Source: an uncultured Planctomycetota bacterium | GTDB lineage: Bacteria > Planctomycetota > Planctomycetia > Gemmatales > Gemmataceae | DNA: 64,000 nt | Direction of reading: 5' to 3' | NCBI GenBank assembly: GCA_963849325.1 | Contig: CAWKHF010000006.1 | Location: 512,001-576,000 of the forward strand | Shown here: piece by piece, positions 45,517 to 55,181 of the stretch | How positions within the stretch are numbered: position 1 is the stretch's first letter | How the letters are laid out: each line of letters begins with the position of its first letter | Made by a program: the position numbers and the translations under genes | Notes under the pieces: generated by a model | Databases searched by the model: none | Told to the model about the DNA's origin: nothing | Seen by the model: only the letters and a program-made list of their open reading frames with translations

Positions 45517-46582
45517 TCACTTCACCCGCTGCAACCACACGCTCAAGACCTTCGCCACCTGTTCGAGGCCCTCGGCCGAACAGTTTTCCGGAAGGTCGCT
45601 CAATCGGTGCCAATGCGGATACTTGAAGTCGATGATGTCGATGGCCGGGATGCCATTTTGGTAGAGCGCGACGTGATCGTCCTGGACGTGCGCCCCGAAG
45701 GAGTCGGCGTCGAAGGCCGAGCATTCCAGTTGCTTGGCGATGCCCCAGATCGCTTGCACCAGGCCGGGAGCCTGTTCCGACGAGTACGGCTCGATGGGGA
45801 AGCTCGGCTTCTTGCCGCCGATCATGTCGAGCAGGATGGCGGCGCCGTAGAACTTCTGGCCGCGGGCCTTGCGGTACTCGCGGCCGAAGTGCTTCGAGCC
45901 GAAGAAATAGTCGTCGTCCTGCTCGAAGACGTACTCCTCGCCGTCGAAAAAGACAAAATCGACGCCGACGTTGACCTTCAAGTCCTTCATGGCGTGGGCC
46001 AGCTCCATGAGGAGGGCGACGCCGGAGCCGCCGTCGTTGGCGCTGACGAACGGTTTGCGCCAGTTCCGCGTGTCGTGCTCCTGGTCGGCCAGCGGCCGCG
46101 TGTCGTAGTGCGAGCAGAGGAGGACGCGGCGCTGGCGCGTCGGGGTGCCAGGAGACGACGAGGTTAGCCATGTCCACGCCCTTGCGGACGCTGCGCTGCG
46201 TGGCCGTGAAACGCTGCCACTCGATCTGACCGCCCTGGGCCGTGAAATGTTTTTCCAGCAGCTCCTGCTGCTTTTTCATGCCCTCGGTGCCGCTGATGCG
46301 CGGGCCGATCTGGCACAGCGCTTCGAGGTAGCCCATGGCGCGGCCGGCGTTGAAGGGGGCTGGTTCGACCGCGGCTTCGCGGTCGGCGGCGAAGGCGTCG
46401 CCGGTCTTTCGGGGCGTTTCGGCGTTGCCGGCTGCTTCGTCTGCTTGAACCATTGTTCGACCAGCTGCGTCGCCGGTCTTTCGCGGCGTTTCGGCGTTGC
46501 CGTTCCAGGGTCGCAGCATGAACAGACAAACCACCAGGGCCGCGAGGACGACGATCGTGATACCACCGGCCATTCGACGCAT
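45517..46582 (-). CDS. M28 family peptidase (glutaminyl cyclase-like), frameshift near 46140
   Basis: GPRISG, HYDTRP, SANDGGSG, FFDGEE, LLDMIG, DDH, HWHRLSD. Confidence 0.88.
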
Positions 46583-46722
46583 GACGGACCCCCCTCGTCG
46601 AACAGGGAATAGGGACCAGGGACGAGGGGCGAGAGAGGAAGGCGAGAACTCCTCATCCCTCAGGGAATCATAGCCGGTCGGCGAATGGCGAGCGAGAGCG
46701 ATTTCACTGGCGGTAGGTGCCG

Positions 46723-48229
46723 GGGTGGGCAGCTGTTACTTGGGTGGGTTTTTGGCTTGTCGCGCGATAGGTTGACTCCCAGGTCCAAAACGCACACGCC
46801 TTCTTCACACTCAGGAGTTGCATCATGGCTTCCCAGCACGGTCCTTCCCCAGTGGCCCCATCCCGCCAAGAACGCATCGAAGCCATCCTGCAACAGCTGC
46901 GACCCCAGATCGAACAGACCGTTCGCCAGCTTGTCGAAAGGGCCGTCGATGTTCCCGAGGCGGAGGAATTCGGCGCCATCGACTTCGAGTTCCGCGATGC
47001 CGGGCAGAAGCTGGTCAACCACGTCCGGCAAGCCAGCGTGGCGAGCCGGAAAAAAAGGGCTACGTAGGCTCCAGCGTACGCTGCACCTTGTGCGGGCACA
47101 CGGCCAAGTTTCATTCCTACCAGTCCCGGCGGCTGTTGACCGTGCATGGCGAGGTGCGTCTGGAGCGCGCCTATTCCTACTGTGCCCGCTGCCACCACAG
47201 TTGCATCCCCTACGACGAGGTACTGGGCTTGCACGATGCCATCAGCCCCGGCTTGCGGCCGCTGGTCTGTCTGGCCGGGACGATGGTGCCCTTCGGCGAT
47301 GCGTCCGAAGACATCCTCCGGCGTTTCTCCGGAGTGCGTCTGTCGGCTTCCTCGGTATTGCGCTGTACCCAAGGGGAGGGCGAACGCTTGCGGGCGCAGC
47401 AGAAAGCGGGGCCGATGGTCGAGCCGACGCAGCCCGAACTCCTCTGGACCGCACCGCGAAGGGAAGGGCAGCCCGCGGCCTATGTCGGCCTGGACGCCTT
47501 CAGCGTGCCGATGCAGGGGATCGGAGCAGGCAAGGCCGAGCATCGCATGCTCTACACCGCGTTGTTGTACACGCCGCAAAAGGAGCACAGCCGCTACCTG
47601 GTCGATTTCGACCTCGATGTGCTGGCGGAGCAAGTGGCGCGCAGGCCCGGGCGTTGGGCGTTACGCGGGTGAGTGACTTGATCGCCGTGACCGACGGCGG
47701 CAACGGCCTGGAAGAAGCCTTGCAGCGTCACCTGGCCGAGAACCTGACGACTATCCTGGATTGGTATCACGCCGCCGAACACCTCTGTGCCTTCGCCAAC
47801 GTCTGGCATGCCGGCGAGGAAACGGCCCGCGTGCTGTGGCAGCAGCAGGCCAAAGGAATCCTCTATGAGCAAGGGGGCGAAGCCTTGCTCACCTTTTTGC
47901 GGGCGTTGGACTTGCCGCCGGAGACATCGGCAGAGGTTCACGAGGAACTGCGGAAGCTGATCGGCTACTTCGAGAACAACCGGCATCGCACCGATTATCC
48001 GCGCTATCGTCAGAAGGGCTGGGACATCGGCAGTGGGCCGACGGAGGCGGGCTGCAAGATCATCGGTGAAAGGCTCAAGGGTTCGGGCATGCGCTGGGTA
48101 GAAGACGGTGCGGCAACCGTGGCGGCCCTACGGGCTTTATATGTCAGTGGCGGCAAGGTGTGGGACGGCTTCTGGTCGCAGCCTCACCGCGCCGCCGCGT
48201 AAAGTCACCCAAGTAAATGATTCACACCC
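46723..48229 (+). mobile_element. ISKra4-family insertion sequence (transposase 46825-48202)
   Basis: Imperfect TIR GGGTG...TTACTTGGGTG, 9-bp TSD TAGGTGCCG; TDGGNG, LDWYHAAEHL, IGSGPTEAGCK, GMRW; A7G slippery site at 47050. Confidence 0.9.
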
Positions 48230-48283
48230 TAGGTGCCGCGAGCCGAGCGGCACAGGGCGTCCGGCTCGGCTCGCCGGACCTAC
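48230..48283. repeat. GTAG-type REP doublet (target of the ISKra4 insertion)
   Basis: (g)taggtgccgcgagccgagcggcac ... gtccggctcggctcgccggacctac. Confidence 0.75.
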
Positions 48284-48348
48284 TTGCGTGTTTGCAATGT
48301 TCGCCTTACTGTGAACGTGACGAAGGATACTCAACCGGGAGCGTGACG

Positions 48349-50055
48349 ATGTGCCGACTTCTGGGCATCCTGTGCGCCGTTTCTCTCTTCTTACCTGTCC
48401 GCGCTGCATCCGCTCGCGGCCCATTCGCGGACCTCGTCGTGACGAACGCGCGGATCTGGACGGTCAACTCGGCCCAACCGGAGGCTGAAGCGTTGGCGAT
48501 CGTGCGCGATCGAATCGCGGTTGTCGGCAGCGGCGCCGACGTGCGACCGATGATCGGCCCGAAGACGCGCGTCCTCGACGCGCAGGGTCGGCGAATCGTA
48601 CCGGGGTTTTACGACAGTCACATTCACCTGCTCGGCTCGGGCCTTCGTCTCTCCGAGGTCGCCCTGAAGGACGCGGCGAACGAGGCCGAGTTCGGCAAGC
48701 GTTTGCAGGCGTTCGATCGCAAACTGCCGCGCGATCGCTGGCTGCTGGGCGGCGAGTGGGACCACGATCGCACCTTCGGCGGACGTCTGCCCACGGCCGA
48801 GCTAATCGACAAGTACGTCGCCGACCGTCCCGTGTTCCTGCGCCGCTATGACGGACACATGGCCGTCGTCAACACATCCGCCCTTCGCCTCGCCGGCATC
48901 ACCGCCGAGACGGCCGAGCCAGCCGGCGGCGTGATTTATCGCAAGCCCGGTTCGCGTCACCCCAGTGGCGTGCTGCGCGACAACGCCATGAGCCTGGTCG
49001 AACGTCTTGTCCCGGCGCCGACGGAGGAGCAGATCATCGAAGCCGTCCGCGCCGCCCTGGCCGAAGCGCGGCAAGTCGGCGTCACCAGCGCCCAGGACAT
49101 GGGCGGCAGCGCCGGCGCGATGCGGCGTCGCCTGTTTCGTCTGTATCAGCAGTTGGCCCGGCAGGGTCAGCTGACGATGCGTCTCGATCTCCGCTGGCCG
49201 TTGGCGGACTGGCGCAGTCTGGCGATGCTGGGCGTCGAGGCAAATTACGGAGACGACTGGGTGCGTATTGGCGGTGTCAAGGGCTTCGTCGATGGCTCGC
49301 TCGGCTCCAGCACGGCGAAGATGTTCGACTCCTACCGGAACGAGAAGGGCAGTACGGGCGTGTACGTGACGCCGCTCAACCGTCTGCGCGAATCCATCGA
49401 AGGCGCCGACGCGGCCGGGCTGTCGATTGCCGTACACGCCATAGGCGACCGCGCCAACGCCGAGCTGCTCGACATCTTCGCCGAGGTGGCGAAGAAGAAC
49501 GGGCCGCGCGATCGTCGTTTCCGCATCGAGCACGCCCAGCACTTACGGCCACGCGACTATGCACGCTTCAAGGAACTGGGCGTGATCGCGTCCCTGCAAC
49601 CGTACCACGCCATCGACGACGGCCGCTGGGCCGAGGGACGCATCGGGGCGGAGCGATGCGCTTCGTCCTATGCGTGCCGGTCGCTGCTCGACGCGGGAGC
49701 GCGGCTGGCGTTCGGCTCGGATTGGTCGGTGGCGCCGCTCAACCCGCTGCTGGGCATCGACGCCGCCGTCAATCGCCGCACGCTGGACGGCAAGCATCCC
49801 AAGGGCTGGTTCCCGCAGCAGAAGATCGGCGTCGCCGAGGCGATCGCGGCGTACACGCTCGGTTCGGCGTATGCGGCGTTTCAGGACAAGGATCGCGGCT
49901 CGCTGGAGGTGGGCAAACTCGCCGACTTCGTGGTGCTGTCGCGCGACATTCTGGCGGACTCGGAGCGCGATCGCATCGCTGAGACGAAGGTGCTGGCTAC
50001 CATCGTCGGAGGCAAGGTCGTTCACGAGAACAGTCGAGAAAAGGGCCGCCCTTGA
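48349..50055 (+). CDS. Amidohydrolase 3 (YtcJ-like) family protein
   Basis: PGFYDSHIH, KGFVDGSLGS, HAIGDRAN, RIEHAQ, FGSDW, GSLEVGKLAD. Confidence 0.93.
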   Translation: MCRLLGILCAVSLFLPVRAASARGPFADLVVTNARIWTVNSAQPEAEALAIVRDRIAVVGSGADVRPMIGPKTRVLDAQGRRIVPGFYDSHIHLLGSGLRLSEVALKDAANEAEFGKRLQAFDRKLPRDRWLLGGEWDHDRTFGGRLPTAELIDKYVADRPVFLRRYDGHMAVVNTSALRLAGITAETAEPAGGVIYRKPGSRHPSGVLRDNAMSLVERLVPAPTEEQIIEAVRAALAEARQVGVTSAQDMGGSAGAMRRRLFRLYQQLARQGQLTMRLDLRWPLADWRSLAMLGVEANYGDDWVRIGGVKGFVDGSLGSSTAKMFDSYRNEKGSTGVYVTPLNRLRESIEGADAAGLSIAVHAIGDRANAELLDIFAEVAKKNGPRDRRFRIEHAQHLRPRDYARFKELGVIASLQPYHAIDDGRWAEGRIGAERCASSYACRSLLDAGARLAFGSDWSVAPLNPLLGIDAAVNRRTLDGKHPKGWFPQQKIGVAEAIAAYTLGSAYAAFQDKDRGSLEVGKLADFVVLSRDILADSERDRIAETKVLATIVGGKVVHENSREKGRP

Positions 50056-50073
50056 ACTCCCATGCGGCCCTTA

Positions 50074-50162
50074 GAGGCACTAACCGAATGTGGCGGCACG
50101 TTTGTAACGTGCCGTACAATCCAACACGTTGAAAACGTGTTGCCACATTTTGTTAGAGCCTC
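50074..50162. mobile_element. MITE-like shell (GAGGC(A/T)CTAAC termini, TTA duplication) enclosing a TGTGGCGGCACGTT..AACGTGCC REP
   Basis: tta|GAGGCACTAACC...TGTTAGAGCCTC|tta. Confidence 0.7.
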
Positions 50163-50271
50163 TTAATCGTCACATTCGGCAATCTTTCCCGCATCCTCTT
50201 TTCTCGCCCCCAAGAAAATTGGGAAAAGTGGGTAACGCAACTCACCCTGAGCGACAATGAATAGGTGAGGA

Positions 50272-50916
50272 TTGACGCCCTGTTCCGAGCCGGAGCGAAG
50301 TCGGATGGGTGGAAATGCGTCCGATGGCGGACCCGAGACGACCGGCGGCGACCGGGCGGAGCACCTGCGCCGCGCGATCGACTATGCGATCAACTACGAG
50401 TATGAAACGCTGATTCGCCGCGTCGGTCTGCTGGTCTACCGCATCTGCGGCCGATTGAGGCGCGATGAGGTTGCGGATCGGTCCCAGGAGGTTCTCGGTG
50501 AGGCGGTGAAGCGCGCCTTGCAGGCGGCGGAGCGGTTCGATCCGGGACAGTCGGCGACCGCCTGGTTAATGGGTTTCGCTCTGCACATTCTGCAGGAGCA
50601 GCGGCGCGGCCGGGCGAAGCGCGTCGTCGCTCAGAGCGATCTCGGCGAGGAGGCGTGGCGGCAAACCCTGGCGGAATTGTGCGCCGCCGATACGGATGCC
50701 GCGACCATCCGTCTCGACGTCCGGCAGGCGTTGGCGCGTCTGGACGAAGGGCAGCGACGCATCGTGGAGTTGCGGTATTTCGATGGGTTGGATGGAGAAG
50801 AGTTGGCGCGAGCTGTGGACGCGCCGTCCGCGGGCGCCGCGCGGGTGCGGTTGGCGCGGGCGTTGCAAGCGCTGCGGCGACAATTTCGACTGGCTGAAGG
50901 CGAGGGGACGCCATGA
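50272..50916 (+). CDS. ECF-type sigma-70 factor
   Basis: Region 2 (DRSQEVL...RFDP...TAWL) and region 4 (LARLDEGQRRIVELRYFDGL..EELA...RVRLARAL). Confidence 0.85.
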   Translation: MTPCSEPERSRMGGNASDGGPETTGGDRAEHLRRAIDYAINYEYETLIRRVGLLVYRICGRLRRDEVADRSQEVLGEAVKRALQAAERFDPGQSATAWLMGFALHILQEQRRGRAKRVVAQSDLGEEAWRQTLAELCAADTDAATIRLDVRQALARLDEGQRRIVELRYFDGLDGEELARAVDAPSAGAARVRLARALQALRRQFRLAEGEGTP

Positions 50917-51482
50917 CGGAACACGAACAGGCCGCCGGCTGGGCCGAGACCGCCCTGCGCTACCTCGACGCCCTCGACGCCGGCGACATCAACACACTGG
51001 CCGCGCTGTGGGAGCAAGCGGCTGCGAATCCCGAGTTGGAGCAAGTGTTAGGGGAGCTGACGGATGGACTCGCCGCCGAGGAGGGGGCATGGCCGTCGTG
51101 GGAGGCCGACGCCGCCCGCGTTCGGGATCTGTTGCGCGAGCATTTACCCAGTGGCTTCTCCGCTCCGGAGGAACCGCCGCCGCTGACCGTCCGTGATGTG
51201 GCGGCTCGCTTGCAGTCCGATAATGCCGTGGCCGGGCGTCTGAGCGTGGCGGATCGGACGGCCAACAGCCGACTACTGGCCGACACGACGCCGGTGCCGG
51301 AAGAACTGGGTTTACCGCACTTCGAGAAGTGGAAGACGACGCTGGGTGTCAGCGCCAGTCCGCACTATTGGCGAGCCTTTCGGCAGACGGCGGTGCTGCT
51401 GGCGATGGGTCGATGTCAACAGGCCGGCGAGTTGGCCGCGGCGCGCCGAGCCGGCCGGACACCGAGGGGAGGGCGGTCATGA
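50913..51482 (+). CDS. Hypothetical soluble protein, putative anti-sigma factor
   Basis: ATGA overlaps with both neighbours; helical N-terminus; no TM segment. Confidence 0.6.
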   Translation: MTEHEQAAGWAETALRYLDALDAGDINTLAALWEQAAANPELEQVLGELTDGLAAEEGAWPSWEADAARVRDLLREHLPSGFSAPEEPPPLTVRDVAARLQSDNAVAGRLSVADRTANSRLLADTTPVPEELGLPHFEKWKTTLGVSASPHYWRAFRQTAVLLAMGRCQQAGELAAARRAGRTPRGGRS

Positions 51483-52144
51483 GTCGGGCCGACGATGGCG
51501 TCCTCGTCGCCGACGCGATCCGGCGGCTTCACGCCGCTGCCGGTCTGCCGTGGCCGCCCCCCGCCAACCCCGTCGTCACGCCGGTGCCGCTCGATACGCT
51601 CATCGCCAGCTATAACCTGGTGCATGAGGAGGTCCCCGAATTGAGCCACGCTTCCGCCGGGGCCTTCCTCGTGCGCTGGGGAGTACGGCGCCCCGAACTG
51701 CTGGAAGATTCGTCGCCGCTGGCCGGTTTCCTTTTCGCCAACGCACGCGGCGGCTACATTCTGGTCCGAGGCGATGATCCGCTGCCGCGCCGTCGGTTCA
51801 CGGCGGCGCACGAACTGGGGCATTATCTGCTGCACTTCCTGCCGCGATTGCAGGCGAAGCAAGATCCGGAAACGTATCTGCTCAAGGATGACAGGGACGA
51901 TATGGTGCGCGAGGAGGCGAAGGACGGGGATGTCAAGGCGTTGTCACTACCGGAGATGGAGATGGAGCGGCAGGCCAATCGATTCGCGGCCGAGTTGTTG
52001 ATGCCGGAGTCCGTGTGCCGGATTGCTTGCGTGCAATGCTTCCGCCCGACGCCGCGATTTCTGGAGCATCATCTCGCCGGTACTCTGCTTGTCAGTCGAG
52101 AGGCGGTGCGCTGGCGTTTGCGGGGGCTGGCGCTGACAACCTGA
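51479..52144 (+). CDS. ImmA/IrrE-family (M78) zinc metallopeptidase
   Basis: RRRFTAAHELGHY (HExxH), EMERQANRFAAELLMP, C-terminal VSREAVRWRL. Confidence 0.92.
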   Translation: MSRADDGVLVADAIRRLHAAAGLPWPPPANPVVTPVPLDTLIASYNLVHEEVPELSHASAGAFLVRWGVRRPELLEDSSPLAGFLFANARGGYILVRGDDPLPRRRFTAAHELGHYLLHFLPRLQAKQDPETYLLKDDRDDMVREEAKDGDVKALSLPEMEMERQANRFAAELLMPESVCRIACVQCFRPTPRFLEHHLAGTLLVSREAVRWRLRGLALTT

Positions 52145-52209
52145 CAAGCTCGGAGTGCCAGCGACGGGTAGCACCCGCGACGGGTCGAGGAACCAACGAG
52201 GCAGCGACG

Positions 52210-53241
52210 ATGAGCCTGGATTTCCTCCTGCACTACGGCGGCCGGCGTTTGCGGCAGTACGTCGAACAACCGCCGCTCGACGCGCCGGCCGACGACGACG
52301 ATGACGGAACGCCGATCGCCACGCTCGACCTGGAGGCGCCCCTCGACGCCTGGCAGCCGCGTTCGGTCGCCTCCGATGTGCTCGACCCGGACGCCGTGCC
52401 GCGGCGTTTCATCGACGGCTGTCACTCGGGACAGACGGTCGCCTGGCTGCAAGATGCACTCGGCCATCCCATCCCCGTCCGGTTAGCCGAGATCGGCGGC
52501 GTGTGCATGCAGTCTGAAGGCCGTTCCCTGCGCCGACAATTCGCCCATGTCGAACGGATCGTGTGCTTGATCGTCGATCCGTTCCCCTGGCACGAGGTTG
52601 AGAACTTCGCCGCGACGTTGGCGGAGATCGGCATGCGTCTCTTGCCGGCTTTGCCGCCGATGATCGAGGACGCACGCCAACTGATCTACGATTACGCGAG
52701 CATGGAGCAACGGACGTACACCCAAGCGCAAGTGGAGATGCGCATTCTGGAAGAGTTGGCGTTAGGTCAAGATCCCGAGGCGCTGAGTTTGGTTGATGGC
52801 CCACTCGGACGGCTGGAACACCCTCGGGCGATCGGGGTCATCAAGCAGCATCGAAAGAATTATCTGGGTCTGCATCCGCAGTGCTGGCAGGTGTTCTACC
52901 AACTCGAACCGGGGCAGCGCACGCCGGCGTTTCGGCTGGCCAGCCAAAGCGCGCCGCTGGTGTCGTGGTATTTCAAGCTGGACGGCGCACACGGCGCCAT
53001 GCCGAACTGGGGCATCGTTCGCATCGAAATCAGCTGCGCTCACTTCGAGCGCCACGATTGCGACTTTCGCTATCTCGATAGATTGTCGAACGCTCTGCTG
53101 CACCTGCGCTGCCGCCAGGGCAGCTATGCGCGAGCGCCGGTCTCGATGGAACCGATCGTGCGCGCGGAGGAGAGCCTGAAATCGCTCCTCACCGCGCCGG
53201 CCACGTTGGCCCAGCGGTTTTACCATCTGACCGGCTTGTGA
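52210..53241 (+). CDS. nurA: NurA-family nuclease (RNase H fold)
   Basis: RFIDG, LVDGPL, IGVIKQH, GQRTPAF, SWY, EPIVRAEESLK; directly upstream of HerA. Confidence 0.75.
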   Translation: MSLDFLLHYGGRRLRQYVEQPPLDAPADDDDDGTPIATLDLEAPLDAWQPRSVASDVLDPDAVPRRFIDGCHSGQTVAWLQDALGHPIPVRLAEIGGVCMQSEGRSLRRQFAHVERIVCLIVDPFPWHEVENFAATLAEIGMRLLPALPPMIEDARQLIYDYASMEQRTYTQAQVEMRILEELALGQDPEALSLVDGPLGRLEHPRAIGVIKQHRKNYLGLHPQCWQVFYQLEPGQRTPAFRLASQSAPLVSWYFKLDGAHGAMPNWGIVRIEISCAHFERHDCDFRYLDRLSNALLHLRCRQGSYARAPVSMEPIVRAEESLKSLLTAPATLAQRFYHLTGL

Positions 53242-53269
53242 GGCGGTTTCGACTTGGGAGTATTCAACG

Positions 53270-55088
53270 ATGAACGATGGAATCCCAACTGTGCAGCAAG
53301 CTCCATCTCGTTTGGTTTCCGTGTCGCCGTCTTCGGCCAAGGACGTCATCGGCAAGGTCGCCTCGCCGCCGCGACGCGAATCGACCAGCGAGGAGTTCTA
53401 CTTCTGGGTCGCGCCGGATACGCTCGTCGAAAAGTCGCAGATCGTCCGCACCGAGAGCGAGGTCGCCGGACAACGGTTGGTGTTTTACGGTCTCATCCGC
53501 GAGGTCTATCGCCAGAGCCGGCAGAGCGATCTCGGCGAGGAGTTTGACCGTCACGATGGCGACGTGGGTTATCAACCGCCCTTCGATTCGCCCGGTTTCA
53601 CCTACGCTGCCGTGACCATCCTGCGCACCGAACCCGCCGTGATGACTCCGCCGAAGGAAGGCAGCGATGTTTTCCTCGGCGGCGAGCGCGAGGCGTACAT
53701 GGCTTACGGCGCGGACGAGATCGAGAAACCGCTGGCCGTCGGTCTTGTCAAGAACGGCGGCACGCGCCTGATCGGCCCCGGCCGCATCGACCTCGACTAT
53801 TTGCTCGGCGCCAATGGCGGCCACCTGAACGTCAACGGCGTCGCCGGCCGCGGCACGAAATCGAGTTTGCTGTTGCACTTCAATTACCTGCTGCTGCGCG
53901 AGGCGCGCAAACAGCAGCGCGAACGCCCCGGCGACCGGGACCGACTGCGGATCGTGCCCATTATCCTCAACGTCAAAAACTTTGATCTCTTCCACATCGA
54001 CCGCCGCAGCACGCGCTACGATCCGGCCAAGCACGCCGCCGACTGGCACGCGCTGGGCATCGACGATCCGGCCCCGTTCCAGAACGTGTCTTTTTATGCT
54101 CCGCAGTTGCCCGGCCAGGACATACCTGTCAACACCGGGCGGCCGAAGTCCGACGTGAAGGCGTACAGTTGGAGCCTGCGCGAAGTGATCGAGCGCGGGC
54201 TGCTGAGTTACCTGTTCGCCGAGGACGACGTGCGCAACGCCAACTTCGGCACCCTGGTCCTCGATATCGAGAACTACCTCACGCAAGAGCGATTGGAACG
54301 CGACAACACCCGTCTGCGCAAGCTGAAAACCGGCCCCGACGTGCCGTGCCATTTTGATGGGCTGCTCAAATGGGTGGAGGAATTGGCCCTCAACGAGCAA
54401 GGCACTATCAATCCCCTCAAGGGCAAACATCACTCGGCGACCCTGCGCAAACTCTACCGTCGCCTGCTGCGACTGGTCTACGAGGGCAACGGCGTGCTGC
54501 GCCGCGATGCCCAGCAGGGCAAGCCACTCGACGTTTGCGCCCGCGATTCGCGCGACCCGATCGTCGTCGATCTCAACGGCCTGTCGGCCGTGCCGGCGCT
54601 GCAGCGCTTTGTCGTCGCCACCATCTTCCGCCAACTGGTCGAGGAACGCACCGGCTCGCACGCTCAGCGCGGCCTCATCTATCTCGTCACGCTCGATGAA
54701 TTGAACCGCTTCGCCCCGAGCGGCGCGCACGATCCCATCACCGAATTGATCGAGCGCGTGGCGGCGGAAATGCGTTCCCAGGGCATTATTCTCCTGGGGG
54801 CGCAGCAACAAGCGTCGCTGGTGTCGGGCCGCGTCATCGAGAATGCCGGCATCCGGGCGCTGGGCAAGAGCGGTTCGCTCGAGTTGAGTCATAAGGTCTG
54901 GGGAGGTCTGAGCGAATCGGCGCGTCGCAAGGCGTCGATGCTGCTGCCGGAGGAGAAGCTGCTCATCCAGGACAGCTTTCGCGAGCCGCTGCTGGTGAAA
55001 ATCCCGTTCCCGCCCTGGGCGGTGCGGGGCCGAAGCCGTCGAGGAGGTGCCAGCCGCGGGGAGCAGGGTCGAACTGGAGGATTTGTGA
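53270..55088 (+). CDS. herA: HerA-like ATPase/DNA translocase
   Basis: N-terminal HAS-barrel-like region, HLNVNGVAGRGTKS Walker A, LDELNRFAP Walker B, RSQGIILLGAQQ; probable frameshift in the last codons (given ORF runs to 55165). Confidence 0.85.
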
Positions 55089-55181
55089 CGAAGACGGACC
55101 TACGGACTTTGCATCCGGGCCGAGACTTCTGCGATAATACGTCAAATTGTGTTTGCGGGCGATGAGGAGAAAGGCGAAGGC

